Source of the DNA: Paraspadella gotoi
Lineage: Eukaryota; Animalia; Chaetognatha
Direction of reading: 5' to 3'
DNA: 64,000 bases
Assembly: GCA_051294375.1 (NCBI GenBank)
Contig: CM119264.1
Coordinates: 24,964,048-25,028,047 of the forward strand
In this document: positions 25,973 through 40,079 of the stretch, piece after piece
Position numbering within the stretch: the first letter of the stretch is position 1
How the letters are laid out: each line of letters opens with the position of its first letter
The notes under the pieces: model-generated
What the model was told of the DNA's origin: nothing
The model's database searches: none
Seen by the model: only the letters and a program-made list of their open reading frames with translations
Made by a program: the position numbers and the translations under genes

Positions 25973-26801
25973 AGTTTTAAAAACAAATGTTTCATCGCCT
26001 GAGAATCAACTCATACTATGACTCATCTCATTCTTGTTTTAACTCAATGCGGAATCGGCTCCGCATCCGCGTCGCATCAACGCCGCAACCGCGCGACATC
26101 AGCGCCGCATCAGCGCCGCAGGAAGGGATTATCCGGGTCACGTGACTCCCAGGGATTAACTACGATTCTGAGGAGAAAAACGTCGTCTGTCAAAAAGAAC
26201 CTCGTCATTGGATGGAGGGACGACGACGACGACGACGACGGCAATGACGATGACTGCGACGATGGAGATGATCATCATCGTCATCGTCATCGTCATTGAT
26301 CAAAATTGACGAAACGACGGGAGGGCGACAGCAGCAAAGAACCTTCTAATACAACAACAACAACAAATCGACGACGACAACAACAATCGTGGTTATGTCG
26401 CGGGGATTAAAATGATGTCGTCCTCCTCCTCTCTCTCTTTCTCTCTCTCTCTCATCTCTCCTCTCATCATCTCTCTCCTCACTCGTCTCTCTTCGTCTCT
26501 GGTCTGAACACGGAATCCTTCTTTTGACGCAAAACATGCGGAGGCACTCCCCGATTCCATCAGACCAATGAGGAAAAGTGCAGTAAAAGGAACATCATCT
26601 CTTCGGCCCGTTTGCTCTCTCTCCCTCTGCGTCTCCTCTCTCACTCTCTCTCGCCTCCTTCTCTCTCTCCTCTCTCCTCTCTCCTCAGATTCTCTCCTCC
26701 GTCTCGCTATCCCTCCTCTCTCTCCTCCTCTCTCTCTCTCCTCATCTCTCTGCCTCTCCTCCCTCTCTCTCTCTCTCTCCTCTCAGTAAAAACGATTGAA
26801 A

Positions 26802-28197
26802 GGACGACATACATTTATCCCCGCGACCATAACACGACGTGGTTGCTCGTCGTCAGATTTGTTGTTGTTGTTGTGTATTAGAAGCGTTCTTTGCTGCTGT
26901 CGCCCTCCCGTCGTTTCGTCATTTTGATCCAATGACGATGACGATGCACGAATGATGATCATCTCCAATCGTCTGCAGTCATCGTCATTGCTGTCGTCTG
27001 TCGGTCGTCGTTCGTCCCTTCATCCAATGCACGGTGTCCATTTCTTGACAGAGACGGACGTTTTTCTCCTCAAATCGTAGTTAATCTGGGCAGTCCACGT
27101 GACCCTGGATAAATCCCTTCCCTGCGGCTGCGCTTGATGCGCGGTCGTGATTGTCGCGCGGACGTTGCCGGCGGTATTGAGCGACCGGATGCGGAGCCGA
27201 CATTCCGCGCATTTGAGTAAAACAAGAATGAGATGCAGTCATACGTATGAGTTGATTCTCCAGGCGATTGACAACATGCTTTTTAAAAACCTTGTTGGAT
27301 AATGCCTGAGTCCGGCTAATGTAATTGTTCTTCAGCCATCTCTCAGAGGCAATTGAAACGGTCCTTGTCTTTTGAAAGCAGCGCATGGGCGGTTTTCTAG
27401 GCTGTCCTCACACGCTTTCTTTTGGAGACAATTCCCTGTAACTTAAGGTCAAAACGAATCGGCTTTAGCTCAATGAGCCACCATCGGGTATGACGAAGTG
27501 TGTCTACTCCTTAGGCGGTCGTTGAACTTTTCTCGCAGACGCGATTAGAAGCAAAAATGGATAGAGGCAAAATGATTGTCTTGGCTTAAGCGCGGCCAGC
27601 AATGCTTTTCCTGTTTTACACAAAGTCACAATCTTGTTTTTACAACTTATCGTCGAACGAACATGAAAGGAAACTCATTTCGACTGAAACAACGACTACG
27701 ATAATGTAGTTCTGGTCGACAACCTGGTCAATTGCGATTCTCCCAAGTCTTGCCTCCCAAGTACCAAAGTCAATTTAGAGTTATTGGATTTTCGCAGCGA
27801 GAATTATACTTTGTGGTCAGAGTGACTTTTTATGTATTTACTTTACTGCGTTGACGAACCAAATAGAATGACAACGGGAACAGTAAATATTAGTAATTGA
27901 ATTCACAAATCCCCATTTTTGCTAAAAAAAAAATAAAAATTACTGTTCCGAAAGGACAACTAACAAACTTAATTCACACTTAATTATTTTAAAAAGAGAA
28001 AAAGAAAAAATAATGTATCGAAAAAAGTTTTGCCCGTCGTGAAGCAAGAACTATCTTTTCTAACGACGGCGACTCACTGGGAGGACCTCGCGCGTTCACG
28101 CATTCACAAACGTCCCCCCTCACGTTCACCGCGTCAAATTACTCGACGGTTCAAACAGTTTCCGGCGGAAAACAAGTTCCCAAGAGGAAAAAATCGT
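26802..28197 (-). other. Indel-rich inverted copy of 25136-26423 (likely artefact)
   Basis: Reverse-complement match along about 1.3 kb, ending at the 25-N gap 28198-28222. Confidence 0.8.
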
Positions 28198-29947
28198 NNN
28201 NNNNNNNNNNNNNNNNNNNNNNACCGCCAAGAACCCCATGCCGATTGGCACTCGGCCCCGAGTTACCATCAGACCCCAAGAGGAAAAGTGACAGTAGAAC
28301 ACTGCATCTACTCTTCAGCCCCCTTGTGCTCTCTCTCTCTCTCTCTCTCTCTCTCCTCCTCTCTCTCTCTCTCTCACTCTACTCTGCCTCTCTCTCTCCT
28401 CTCTCTTCTTCTCTCTATCTCCTGCTCAGTAAAAACGATTAGAGAGAGAGAGAGAGAGAGAGATAAAAAAGTGATAAGCGTTTTTTTTTCGTATTCATTG
28501 TTATTCATTGTATTCACCGCTTTTTTTTCCTCCTTTTCACATTTTCGATTATTTATTCTTCGTTGTCTCGTCACTGGATGAAGTTGAAAGCGTCGAGTTG
28601 ACAATCTCATTGGCGGAAGGAGAAAGTGAACCTCGCTGCAGCCGGCGCTGCAGTCTCAGCCGCTGCCGCAGCTCCTGCAGCGTGGACGCCAAATTGAATT
28701 AAATTTGTGGAATATGATAGCGACAGGAAAGGTGGCCAAATGCAGCGTGTCAAGGGTAGTTTCTTGCTTACCGTTACACAATCAATATGTAGTTTTTTGA
28801 ATCATTGGTTTAAATCTTCCATTGGACGTGCTTGCTTAAGGATTCAGTCTCATCTACAGAGAAATTCCAAGTCTTAAGTCTGTTAATACAAAATATGCGT
28901 GCGGTCATATGCAAAATATCTTTCCAGTGTGGAGTCATGTGCGCTTTTTTTTTCACTCCGATTCTCCTTTTTTTTCCTTCCCATTTTTTTTATGACTTTA
29001 TGCCTTCAATAGGAGGAAACTCCCGCCCCAAAAATCTAGTTTCCGACGTCGATGCCGAGAATTTACTTTATTCTTTCTTTTTCTTCCTTTTTTATTTAAT
29101 CCTTTTTTTTTTCCTTTTTGATGTCTTCCTCTTCTTTATTTTAATTTTCTTCTTTTTTCATTGCATTTTTTTTATGTTCTTCGTTTTCAAAAGCACTGTT
29201 TAATAAATAAGTCCTTTTTTAAAAATACATTTCCGCCTTGAGGATTTTCCCTTTTTTCTCAATTCTCATCCTTTTTTATTATTTAGAATTAGATAATTTT
29301 TATTCTTTTTCCTTTCATTTCATTTCCTTTTTAACGTTCCTTTTCCTTTTTTTTCGATGCTCTGTTTTTCTTCCTTTTCCATTTTTCATTTGTTAACCTT
29401 ATTTTCAAATTTTTCTTCATTTTCCTTTTATTCAACGCTCATTTTTCGCTCCTTTTCCTTATATTCGATGCCCTTTTCCCCTTCCTTTTCCTTTTTTTTT
29501 TCTTCCCCGACTTCCGGTGTTTGTGCCTCTTTGGCCTCACGACGAAGATCGCGGCTGAGAATTCTCCTCATGTACTTCTCGAGTGAATAGAGCATAAAAA
29601 GGAAAAAAGTTTTTAAAAAAAATGAAGATAAGTAAAAGAGAAAAGTCGAATATGGGCAAAAGTTTAAAAAAGATAGAAATTTAAAAAAATAGAAGTTACA
29701 AATAGAAAAAACTAGAAAAAAAAATAGAAAAATAAAGATGAATAAAAAAAAGACATGTAAATATTTATGAAAAGAAGTTAGAAAAAAAATTCAAAAATTT
29801 ACACGTAGAAGAAAAAGTTAAAACAATTTTCAAAATATATTAATTATAAATAAAGTTTTAAAAATGTAAAAGGGATCTAAACAACGTTTTTAGCAAATTA
29901 AGTATGTGTAGAAATTTGTTCACGAAAGTAAAAAGAGAACGCTTGTA

Positions 29948-30365
29948 TTGGCGCTCGCGGTGCGCAACGCGAGCGTCGCCGTACGGGCAGGACGGTTCGA
30001 CGTCCGACGGCAGAGATTTCGACATCCGAGTCCCAAGTTTCCCGATTTTCGACGGGACGTCGCGACGACGACGATTAATACGAAGAAGAAAACGAATATC
30101 TGGCTTATTTTTAACGTTTGAAATTGAGGAAAAGTCCGCGACGTCGAACGTTTTCACGTTGATTTAAGTCGTTTATTAAACTGTTTTTAAGTGGATTTTA
30201 ACGTGTTGTTTATTGTGACAAACAATTGAAACTATTTTATTCCTCGTCTCCATCTATCTTGAAAGATATAAACATTTAAAACATCGTTGGTTTCTAGATC
30301 GTCGTCTACGAGAAAGTCAGTCAAAATAGACAATTTTGATATTAATCCGAGGCAGCTCAAACAAC
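29948..30365 (+). repeat. Dispersed repeat, copy 2
   Basis: Substitution-diverged direct copy of 20740-21032 with extra internal sequence. Confidence 0.65.
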
Positions 30366-31272
30366 GAAGTTATGACAAACAATGAAAAGGTAATATATTT
30401 AAAAAAATAAAGCGTCGTAAATAAGTGGAAACAAAAACTGCCTCAGGGAAAAAAAGTCCAGGAAAGAATACGAGCGTAGTTTTTTTTTTCTTTTTTTCTA
30501 AGCTTCAGAAAAAAAGAGAAGCAAAACACGAAGGAAACAGATAGAAAAAAAAAAGACGAAACAGAAAACGCGTCGCAAAAAAAGGAAAAAAAAATTTTCC
30601 CAAGAAATATTTGTTATGCAATGAGACGATGATGTTAAATGGGGCGGAAAAGTATTCAAAGGCCTCAAACCACAGTCGCTCTTTGATAATCCTTCGGGTT
30701 TAAGGAAACGAAAACTCGGGATGTGATGGACAAAACAACGACGACGACGGCAGGTTCTACAGCACCCGATACAGCAACAACATCAACTTCTTATTCAACA
30801 ATATTTTAAGATATATCTTAGTGGCAGGGTATGAACTATAAATACTTAAAAAAAATTATATGAAATATTAACACGAGTTCCTCATCAAGTTTCAAATCGA
30901 ATTCATTTAGACTCAGACTCAGACTCAAAGAAAATGTGGAAGAAGTATTACAAAGTTTGGATCTAACAATGTCAAACCAAAGAAATGAGGAAAAATTGAA
31001 AAATGATTAAGGCTTTGCTTTCAAAACACAAGATTCAAGAAAAGTTCTGCTTTTTTATCACTAAACGAATCCAGGAGTTTTTTTTTTTCAAGCAAAAATT
31101 TCCACAAATAAAAAGCAAAATAAAAACAAGAAAAGCGAGAAAAACAGAGAAGAGAAAATAGGCTCAACTTTTTTCTCTAAACTTAAATTTTTGTTTTATT
31201 TTTTCAAGTTAGAGAAAAAATCTAAGAAAATGAACAGAAGTTGAACGATTCGAAGGAATCAAAGCTCAAGAG

Positions 31273-31273
<1 letters not shown>

Positions 31274-31320
<47 letters not shown>

Positions 31321-31381
31321 CGATGTTGATGATGATGATGATGATGATGATGATAATGATGATATTCATAATGATGATGAT
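31274..31381. repeat. (GAT)n microsatellite
   Basis: Trinucleotide run. Confidence 0.9.
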
Positions 31382-32161
31382 TGTGTTGGTTACGACGTTT
31401 ATGGTGATGCCAAGGGTTGTAGAGAGAGAGAGAGAGTGTGAGTAACGGAAGCGGAAGCGAATAATAATGGAAAGCGGAATCATTTTGGAATAAACCATTA
31501 AATTCATCCGGGGCCAAATGGTTGTTTTCCTTTTTTCTATCTTCTGAATTAATTTATATAATTTATTAGAAAAAATATATATATGAAATTCTAATCAAAC
31601 GTTGAAATTAAATAGCAATCCTTCCTCTCAGTTGTAAGAATGTAAATACAATTCCCTATAATGAGCATATTTTATGAAAAAAATATTTTTACTGAGTCTG
31701 ATACAGAATAGAAAGAAGCTGTAACAAAAAGAAAATGCCGTCAGGATGGGAAATACAGAAGACGAACCAGCAGTAAAAGTCTGAAGCCAAACAGAAGCCA
31801 ATGAACTCATAAAAGTCTCCAAAGAGGGAGGGGATGGAATATGATAATAAAAATCATTATATTTAAATCTCACGCAAAAACAAAAAAATCTGCCAATCAT
31901 TTTTAGTACAATTTGGTATTTTTTAATAAATCAAAATACTCAAATTTTATTTAATTTCATGTAGAGATGAAAGTGAAATATGTGAAAAACAAGTGAAAAA
32001 ATTATAATATAAAATTTATTTACATCAAATATTTTGTAAAATATGGAAAAAGACTTGGTTGCCCAAATGGGTGGAAGCGCGGATGGAAAGAAGATAAAAA
32101 AATATATGGAGTAGGTACAAAAAAAGGATGAGAGAGTACTTTTTCAATCTACTTGACTCCC

Positions 32162-32235
<74 letters not shown>

Positions 32236-32613
32236 TCCTTCCTCTTTCCTTTAGCTGTGATTCTTTTTTTTGTGTGCTTGAGAATGGAAAAAAAGGAAAT
32301 AAAAAATACGCGAAAGAAAACTGAAAAAATAAATGGGGAGAAAAAGAAAAAAAAAAAAAAAGTAAAAAAAGTCTGAGCGGAAGCAGAGAAAACATAGAAT
32401 CCCTTTTTCGACCTCAATTTCTATGCGTTTGGAAGAATGACTGAAGAAATCACGGGGCTTAAAGTTTGGTTTTCAAATCGAGTGGGGCAATGGAGGGAAA
32501 AAGAATAGAAAATAAAAAAGAAGAAAAAAGGAAAGCAACAATGAAAATGCTCGGAATACTAGCCAGCTGAAGAAAGAGAAAAAGATATAAAGAGAGAAAA
32601 AAAAATAAAATAA

Positions 32614-32615
32614 AA

Positions 32616-32662
<47 letters not shown>

Positions 32663-32667
32663 ATATA

Positions 32668-32738
<71 letters not shown>

Positions 32739-32741
32739 ATA
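32614..32741. repeat. (TAAA)n microsatellite
   Basis: Tetranucleotide run. Confidence 0.95.
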
Positions 32742-32995
32742 GTAGCGACTTCTTAGGCCAGGAAGTTTTTCTGAGGAAACGCTAATTCTATTAAAACACT
32801 TGAAAATCTATATTCTGTAAGATCTAAATCAGCATTCCTACTGGCTACTGTAGTTAGTTTTTAAGAAAAATATTGTTAATGTGAACATTGATTTATACTG
32901 CTAAACCTTAAGTTGGTGTGAAACTGACGATTTAAAAAGAAACTAAGTGAAGAAAAAACGCTAAAACAAAAGGCACATGAGTAATAAACTTCGAT

Positions 32996-33040
<45 letters not shown>

Positions 33041-33185
33041 TGAGAGGAGAGAGGGAGGTAAATTAGGAAGGAGCGCATTCGAGTTAAGGAAAGCGAGTGA
33101 GAATCACCGGAAATGACTAGAAGGAGTGGACGAGCGATGAGCGAGCGCGTTAATGACCTTCCGCTGGAAGAGAGAGAGAGAGGAG

Positions 33186-33259
<74 letters not shown>

Positions 33260-34641
33260 TTGACAGAGCGTCAAACGAACCATCGGTGGCGGAAGTATGA
33301 GAAAATGAGAAGAGTAAAATCTTTTGAAAAGAGATAGAAGAAAAGAGAAGAAAGGAAAAGGAGAAAAAAAGAGAGAAGGAAAAGCATCGAATAAAGAAAA
33401 GAATAGGGAGGAAAACAAAGCAGGGACGAATATTCAAATGAAAAGGAAAATAACAAAAGAATAAGAAAAAAAAGAATGGAAAAACATAAAGGGGAAAGAA
33501 TAAGGAATAGAAAGAAAAAAAGGTACAAAGAATGTAAGAAACGTAAGCAAGGAAAGAAATAAAAGAAAGGAAAGAAAGAAAAGCAAAGAAAGGAAGGAAA
33601 GAAAAGGAAGGAAAGGAGAGGAAGGAAAAAAAATTAAAGGAAGGAATAAAAGGAAAGGAAAGAAATAAAAAAAAAATAAAAGAAAGGAAGGAAACAATAG
33701 AGAGGAAAGTAAGGAAAGAAAAAAATTAAAGGAAGGAAAGAAAAGAAAAGAAAGGAAAGGAAGTAAAGAAAAGAAAGGAAAGGGTTTAAAATCGTGGAGG
33801 TTTTCTTCTTGAGCGGAAGTTTGTTTCCGAAGCGGAAAAGAAAAATGGCGGAGGATCAAAAGATCCCGACGGTGGTGGAGGAAAGCCGGTGGGGTGGGGT
33901 GGGTGGATGAGTAAGTAATGGTGAGGAAGGTGGATTGGAGGGTGGCTTCCTTTCGGATAAAGGATGGATTGATCCCGGGAGTTGGTTGAGCCGAGTGGAT
34001 GATGAATGAAAATACCAGGAGGCGCGGTCAGTTGAGCAGCGAAGTATCGAACAGAGAAGTATGGTCTTGATGGAATAAAATTTAGACGAGCAGAATGCGT
34101 AGGAAATTTGCAAAAGACGGTGGGTGTGGGTTTTGGGTTTGGGAGATGGAACGGGTGAAGGAGGAGAGAGACTGAGTGGAGGCGAAGATAGAGAAGGAGT
34201 GGAAAAAGAAGGCGGAAGATGAAGCAAAAACCGCCGCTTCATAATTTGACTGAGAAAAACAAAAGGGAAAGAGATTTACGGCGGCGGCAGGAGCGTTGGC
34301 GTCGCCGGTGGCGATCGCGGCGGTCGCGGGGGCTGCGGCGGCGGCGGCGGCGGCGGCGGCTGCTCTGATGGCAAATATAATGACTCCAAGGATTCGTAAA
34401 GTTTTCTTGGTTGGTTTTTTGTCGGTGAATGATCACTGCTTGGTTTTTCCCATTAACTATTTTTTTTTGCGCAGTGAAGTGGATAAACTGCTTGGATTTC
34501 GCATTTCTTACTTTGTTTATTATTCAAAATCTTACTTTCTATGTATAATTAAGCTGTTCTCAATATTGATATTTTTATTTGCTTGGTTGTCTTTAAAAGG
34601 GTGAGTTGAGCAGACGAAAATAGACTTTGAAGGTGGGTAGG

Positions 34642-34696
<55 letters not shown>

Positions 34697-35005
34697 AAGA
34701 GAGAAAGAGAGAAAGGAAGATTCTTTGACCCGAAAATTTGCTGAAGTCAACGAAAAAAATAGTGATTTTGTCATTTGATTCTCTTGGGATGAAAACGTGT
34801 AACCGACGCCAGAATCTCGCCTCTTGGGCAGATTTTTTTTTTCGGGCGAATGTTCGCCTCTTCAGCAGCATTTATTTGGTATTTTAAAAGACAAAAGACT
34901 ATTTATTATTTTATATTTTTATAAGACATGATAGTAGAACCTTTAGAAAATTCTGAGATTATTATGTGAAAGGATCATTCGCTGAAGCTGGCCATATTTT
35001 CCAGA

Positions 35006-35250
35006 AGCACCCCATTTTAGCTTAAATATACAATTAAAATAATTTTAATGTTTTAGGGATTAGTGTACAGGATAAGGTTAGGCAATCTGGTTATGGATTT
35101 GGTTCAAGATTTAGTTAGGGATTAGGGTTTAGGGTTAAGGAATAAGTTTAAGGATTATAGAAAAGATTAAATTATGGTTAGGGATTAGAGCTAACGATAT
35201 TAAGATTGAAATCAAGCTTACGGTTTAAGAACAGAAATGGGCGCTTAAAG
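35006..35250. mobile_element. MITE-like element with internal degenerate TTAGGG repeats
   Basis: Ends aagcaccccattt / aaatgggcgctt are inverted, with internal ttagggattagggtttagggtta. One end is homologous (inverted) to 43650-43785 and 45772-45907. Confidence 0.45.
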
Positions 35251-35395
35251 AAAACAGTGTCGCCGTGCTTTACCATTGGTCAATAGAGTGATGTGAAAAT
35301 GATAAAATTTTAGAAAATTAAAATTTAGCATATAAAACGTGAAAATAAAAACCATTAAAAATACTTTGGTAAATTTATTTTTTAATTTCATACAT

Positions 35396-35792
35396 TAGTG
35401 GGCACCAGTGAGCTACATTTATATATAGTAATAAGTATATAATGGCTAAAATTTCAAAATACAATTTTTTTAATTTTAAGATCGGACTTGGATTCTTTGC
35501 AAAAAGTTAATATAAGAAAGTATAATTCTTTTTTAAAAATTATTTCATTAAGTTGGTCAAAAATCTAAAAAACTATGTTTAAGATACCGATTTTTAATTT
35601 TGAGCTTAAAAATATAGTTTTTTATAATTTTAACCTACTTAATGACATAATTTTTTAAAAAGATTTATATTTTCTTTTATCAACTTTTAACAAGGAATCT
35701 GAATCTGCTCTCAGAATTTAAAAAAACCATTTTGAAATTTTGACATTATATAAGGGTAGTACTATATACAAAATAAGCTGACTGGGCTACTA
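35396..35792. mobile_element. MITE or foldback-like element, an imperfect palindrome of about 400 bp
   Basis: Left arm ccagtgagct..tatatagta..aaaatttcaaaat..ggattctttg..aaaagtt..ctttttaaaaattatttcattaagt mirrors right arm acttaatgacataattttttaaaaag..aacttt..caaggaatc..attttgaaatttt..tactatata..agctgactgg. Both ends have TA. Confidence 0.6.
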
Positions 35793-36017
35793 TATTTATA
35801 AAAAAAGAAAAATAACTCTAGATTAATATTCACTAATATAATATTTTTCAAGATATAACTGCTAAATTTTGATTCCAAACTTTCACTTCACCCTATTGGT
35901 CAACCATCTGGGAATAAGAGAATACGATATTCTCGCCGGATCTGATTCTCTCTTGTGTTTTGGTTTCGAGCTGCCGTTGCAACGGTTGGCATTGGCAGAG
36001 CTTCCGGGGATACGAGT

Positions 36018-36127
<110 letters not shown>

Positions 36128-39100
36128 GCGACAACATCCGAGAGAGACGTGCGTATGAATATGGGATGAAAGACCCAAATGTCAAGACAGATGAAAGACT
36201 AAACCGATGGTCATAAAAACAAATAAACAAACCTTTGCGAGGGGGGGGGTGAACAAAGGAAGAATACGAACAAAGAAGTTTAAATATATGTCAAAACCAA
36301 TGACAATTAAAATTACGTTTTCAAAGATTATGTGAAAAAATTATTTTTCTCAAAGAAATGTGAGAGACAACACTATTATACGTTCAAACAAAAAAAAATT
36401 TTAATATTGTAAAAAATCGTCGTCGGCAAAACAATTGGAGAGATTTTTCGTTGTTAATTTGTAATTTCCATTTTGGGCGACATCTATAAGCTGCCTACAA
36501 AAAAATAAAAGATCATCAACGAGGTCATCGACCGATGAGAGTCACGTGAGAGTCACGTGAGAGCAGGGGTCATTGAACGAGCGACACCTGTGGGTGATTA
36601 ATTGTGAATTTTTCCTGGAATGAGGAATACATATTTTTGAATATTTGATTTACGTCAGTTGTAAATTACGTAGATCCGCTTAAAACGTTAACGCTTGAGA
36701 ACGCAACATTTAATATTTGCCATTTCTTTTTTTCGAGCTTTTATTCTCTTATTCTTTTATTCTCTCTCTCTCTCTCTCTCTCTCTCTTGTAAAATTACGT
36801 AGATCCGCTTAAACCGTTAACGCTTGAGAGATCGCAACATTTAATTTTGCCATTTCTTTTCTTATCTTCGAGCTCGTTTATTTCGAGTAATGTTTATTAT
36901 TAATCTACTTATGCTCTCTCTCGGAGATTTTATCATAAATATAATTTTTGTTTTTGTTTTTCTGTTGAATTTGACATTAGTCACCATAAAAAAAAAAAAG
37001 AGACATTCATAACCAAAAGGTCTATCCTCGCACACCATGTCTATATCTAAAAGTGTTTAAGCTCCGGAAACGTTTTCCTAGAATTTCTTTAGTCCTTCTT
37101 CAAGTGAATTGTTTATTCGCTGTATCTGTTGTAATATCATTGATTAGTTTTTTTGGATAGACGTGAATTATATATAATATATTTTTGCCCACAGCCTCTC
37201 CGCTTTTTTTCGGAACGCGTGAGCGAACTCTGCCCGACACCTCGACCCGACTTGTCGAAAGACGACGTAAGACTGCGGAAGGGTTATCAGAGGTTTTGTC
37301 TATATGTTTGTACAATTTTTGTATTTTATTTGTTTGGTTGTGGTTTGATTTTCAAGTTCGAATTTATCAAAGTGATCTTTTGTCCTCCTGGTTGGTCGTT
37401 TTTTTTTGTTTTTTTTTTCACTCAAATTTCGAGTTTCAAGGGGTTGGTGGTTCATGACCAGCCAGGATCGAAAAAGTCGGTAGAAGCGGACCGCGTAACT
37501 ACCATGAGACGCCAGTCCGGTGGCGATCGTTGGCTTGGCGTTGTGTGACATGCCGAAAGCATGGAAAGGATCCGTTATAGGCGGCGGGAATGTGAGGTTG
37601 GAGCAGATTGTGCACTCTGTGCCAAGGGACGGGGGTATTTCGGCTACCTTCCGTTGAAGACGGCATTTCAGTTCGATAGTAATCTAAGAGTTGATGTTGT
37701 TCACCCATTGGACTTTGTGATTGTTCGTGAAGTTCTTAAAGTTCAGATATGGGTGGGATGGACTCGGAAGCTCGATCTTTTGGTAGGGTCCTAGGCGGCT
37801 GAGCTGGGGATAGTAGTGCTTGCTTTAGTGGGGGTGGCGGCGAGTTCGATAGTTCATCCGAGCCGCGGAACGGTCGAAAAATCCACTCTACCGGAACTGT
37901 GAAAGCCCTGACCGTGTGGGCGTGCGGTCCCACCGGCCGGCGAACGGAAACTGGGACTCGCCCTGTAGATCAGCCACCCATGGTTCCGAAAACCGGCGGA
38001 ATTGGGCGATAATCGGCTGTTGCGCTGGCATCCTGCCGAATCATTGCTGTTCGTATCGGTCCAGAAAACTTACGGCATTAACTTCTTCCTCTCGCGTCTA
38101 ACCATCCATTGCGAAATGGGGCGTTGGTGTCGAGATCGACGGGGAAAATGCGTCTTCTCATCCGATAGAGTCTCGTTCAGTCTCTCCTCTTCTCTCTCTC
38201 CCAGTCTCTCTCTCTTTCCTCGGTTTTAATACGTCGAATCTGTCGCTTAAAGCAATTATTAATCCAGCCTGCGGTGCGGAGCAGGCAGATTGTTACCCCG
38301 CCCAGCTCGACCCGTCTCTCTGTCTCGATAAAACCAATCATTACCTTTGGATGTTATACCTTCCCTCCCCCCCCGCCCCCCCCCCGATCGTTACCCACCT
38401 TTATTTCCTTAAACTTGCCACGTATTACCTTTAAAAGCTACGCCGATAGTTGGATATCAATCCGGATCACCGCAGTGGGCGGAGCGAGAGCCATTGGTAT
38501 CACATACGGTCGGCCGGCAGGGAGGTATGTGGAGCTTAAAATCCGGGGTGCGCTCGAGGTGCCAGGCGCTCCAGCCACTTGGCCTGGCTAGCAGTCATTC
38601 TCTCTCTTTTTTTAGAGGAGAACAACCACGAGTCCGGTCGTCTCTCTCTCTTCTCTTCGTCTCGTCTCTCTGTAGATCCCTTCAAGCGCCACTCCTCTCT
38701 GCTTCGCCACCGCTCCCGCCCTCTCCGGTCCCCCCCCCCCCCTGCGCTCCCTTTCTCATCTCTCTCTTTTCCCACCGCCCTCCTTCCCATATGGTCTACC
38801 TCCGCTATCTCTTCCCTTTTGCTAATACCTGTATCGCTCCTGCGGCGTTGCGTTCTCGCGCAGGTCGAACGCTCGATGTCCCTTCGCTCGGGCACAGGTT
38901 TCGTCCGCGCCTCCGTGGTGCCCTAGCGGGCGTCTAGCTCTCAACTCTACTCCTCTCCCCTTCTCCCTCGACCTCCGAATCAAAGCGATATAGTAGGCGT
39001 AAACGCTACTCGTCAGTCTCTCTACCCTGATCTTCATGTTTCCAAGAATCTCATCTTCTCTCTCTCTCTGTCTTTCTCTCTCTCTTCTCCCCCTCTTCTC

Positions 39101-40079
39101 TTCTCTCTCTTCTGTTCTGTTTTGGTCGGTACTCCTAATAGTGTATCCTATGTCTAAGCATTCGCTGAATCAAGGAACCGCCATATCTCATCTCCTTCTC
39201 TCTCGTGATGTGATTCAGAGATTCAGACAGAGAAAGATCTTTATTCTCGATAATGCATCTTTCCGTCCTGTCAATGCTCTCGGCTCAGTTAATTTCTCCT
39301 GTCTCTCTCTCTTTCAGGCCGCACCAGTTATAGTACATTTATACTCTAGTCTTCTTTCCTCTTCGGGTGATACTTTCGAAGTCTCTCTCATCTCTTTTCC
39401 TTTTTCTCATCTACATTATACCTCAGCGACTTTCTCCTCTTTCTCCTCCATCCTCAAGCGATCTCCCTATATCCTGCTTGCCTTGTAACCCATTTCCACT
39501 GCTCTCTTTTTTTGTTCGGTCTTTGTGTCTTTCCACCCCCGCCTGAATCGCGTCTTCGCAGACCGGCTAGCGTAGGCCTGTTGTGATGAATGGCCTAGTT
39601 TTTTGTTTTTTTTTTTTTTCCGCCCCCCCGCCCCCCCTGTTTCGCTCGATTCGCTTTTAGTTTCTCGTCGTTTATACAAATCGTCGGTTTTACTCCGAAA
39701 CGCCGCAGCGCTCCTGCATCGCCGCTCGCATGTGTCGGACGCGCAGCGCCATCGCCGGTCACAACCAAGCGCGTGGAAGAAATGTATCGCGCCAGAAGTA
39801 CACGGGGTAACGGGCCGTCGCCGTGGATGGCGTGCGAGCGCCTCGGTCTGCGTGCGCAATGTCGCCCGCCGTTGCACGCGCAGAAGGTCGTGTCGGAATA
39901 ATAACAACTGAAAGTATTTTCCCTTTAACAAAACGCCAAAATAAGGGAAAATTCGTGGTTAGTCTCAGAGTCATGCGCGCCATAGAACCTAACAGTACGT
40001 GGTTTATTGTGATGTGCTCAGGAGTCCGTGATCTNNNNNNNNNNNNNNNNNNNNNNNNNTTTTCATGAATTTTAATATC

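Noticed and set aside
37690-37810. tgttcaccca...tgagctggg resembling LSU rRNA
   Set aside because: Only short words match; the spacing and flanks do not fit rRNA.
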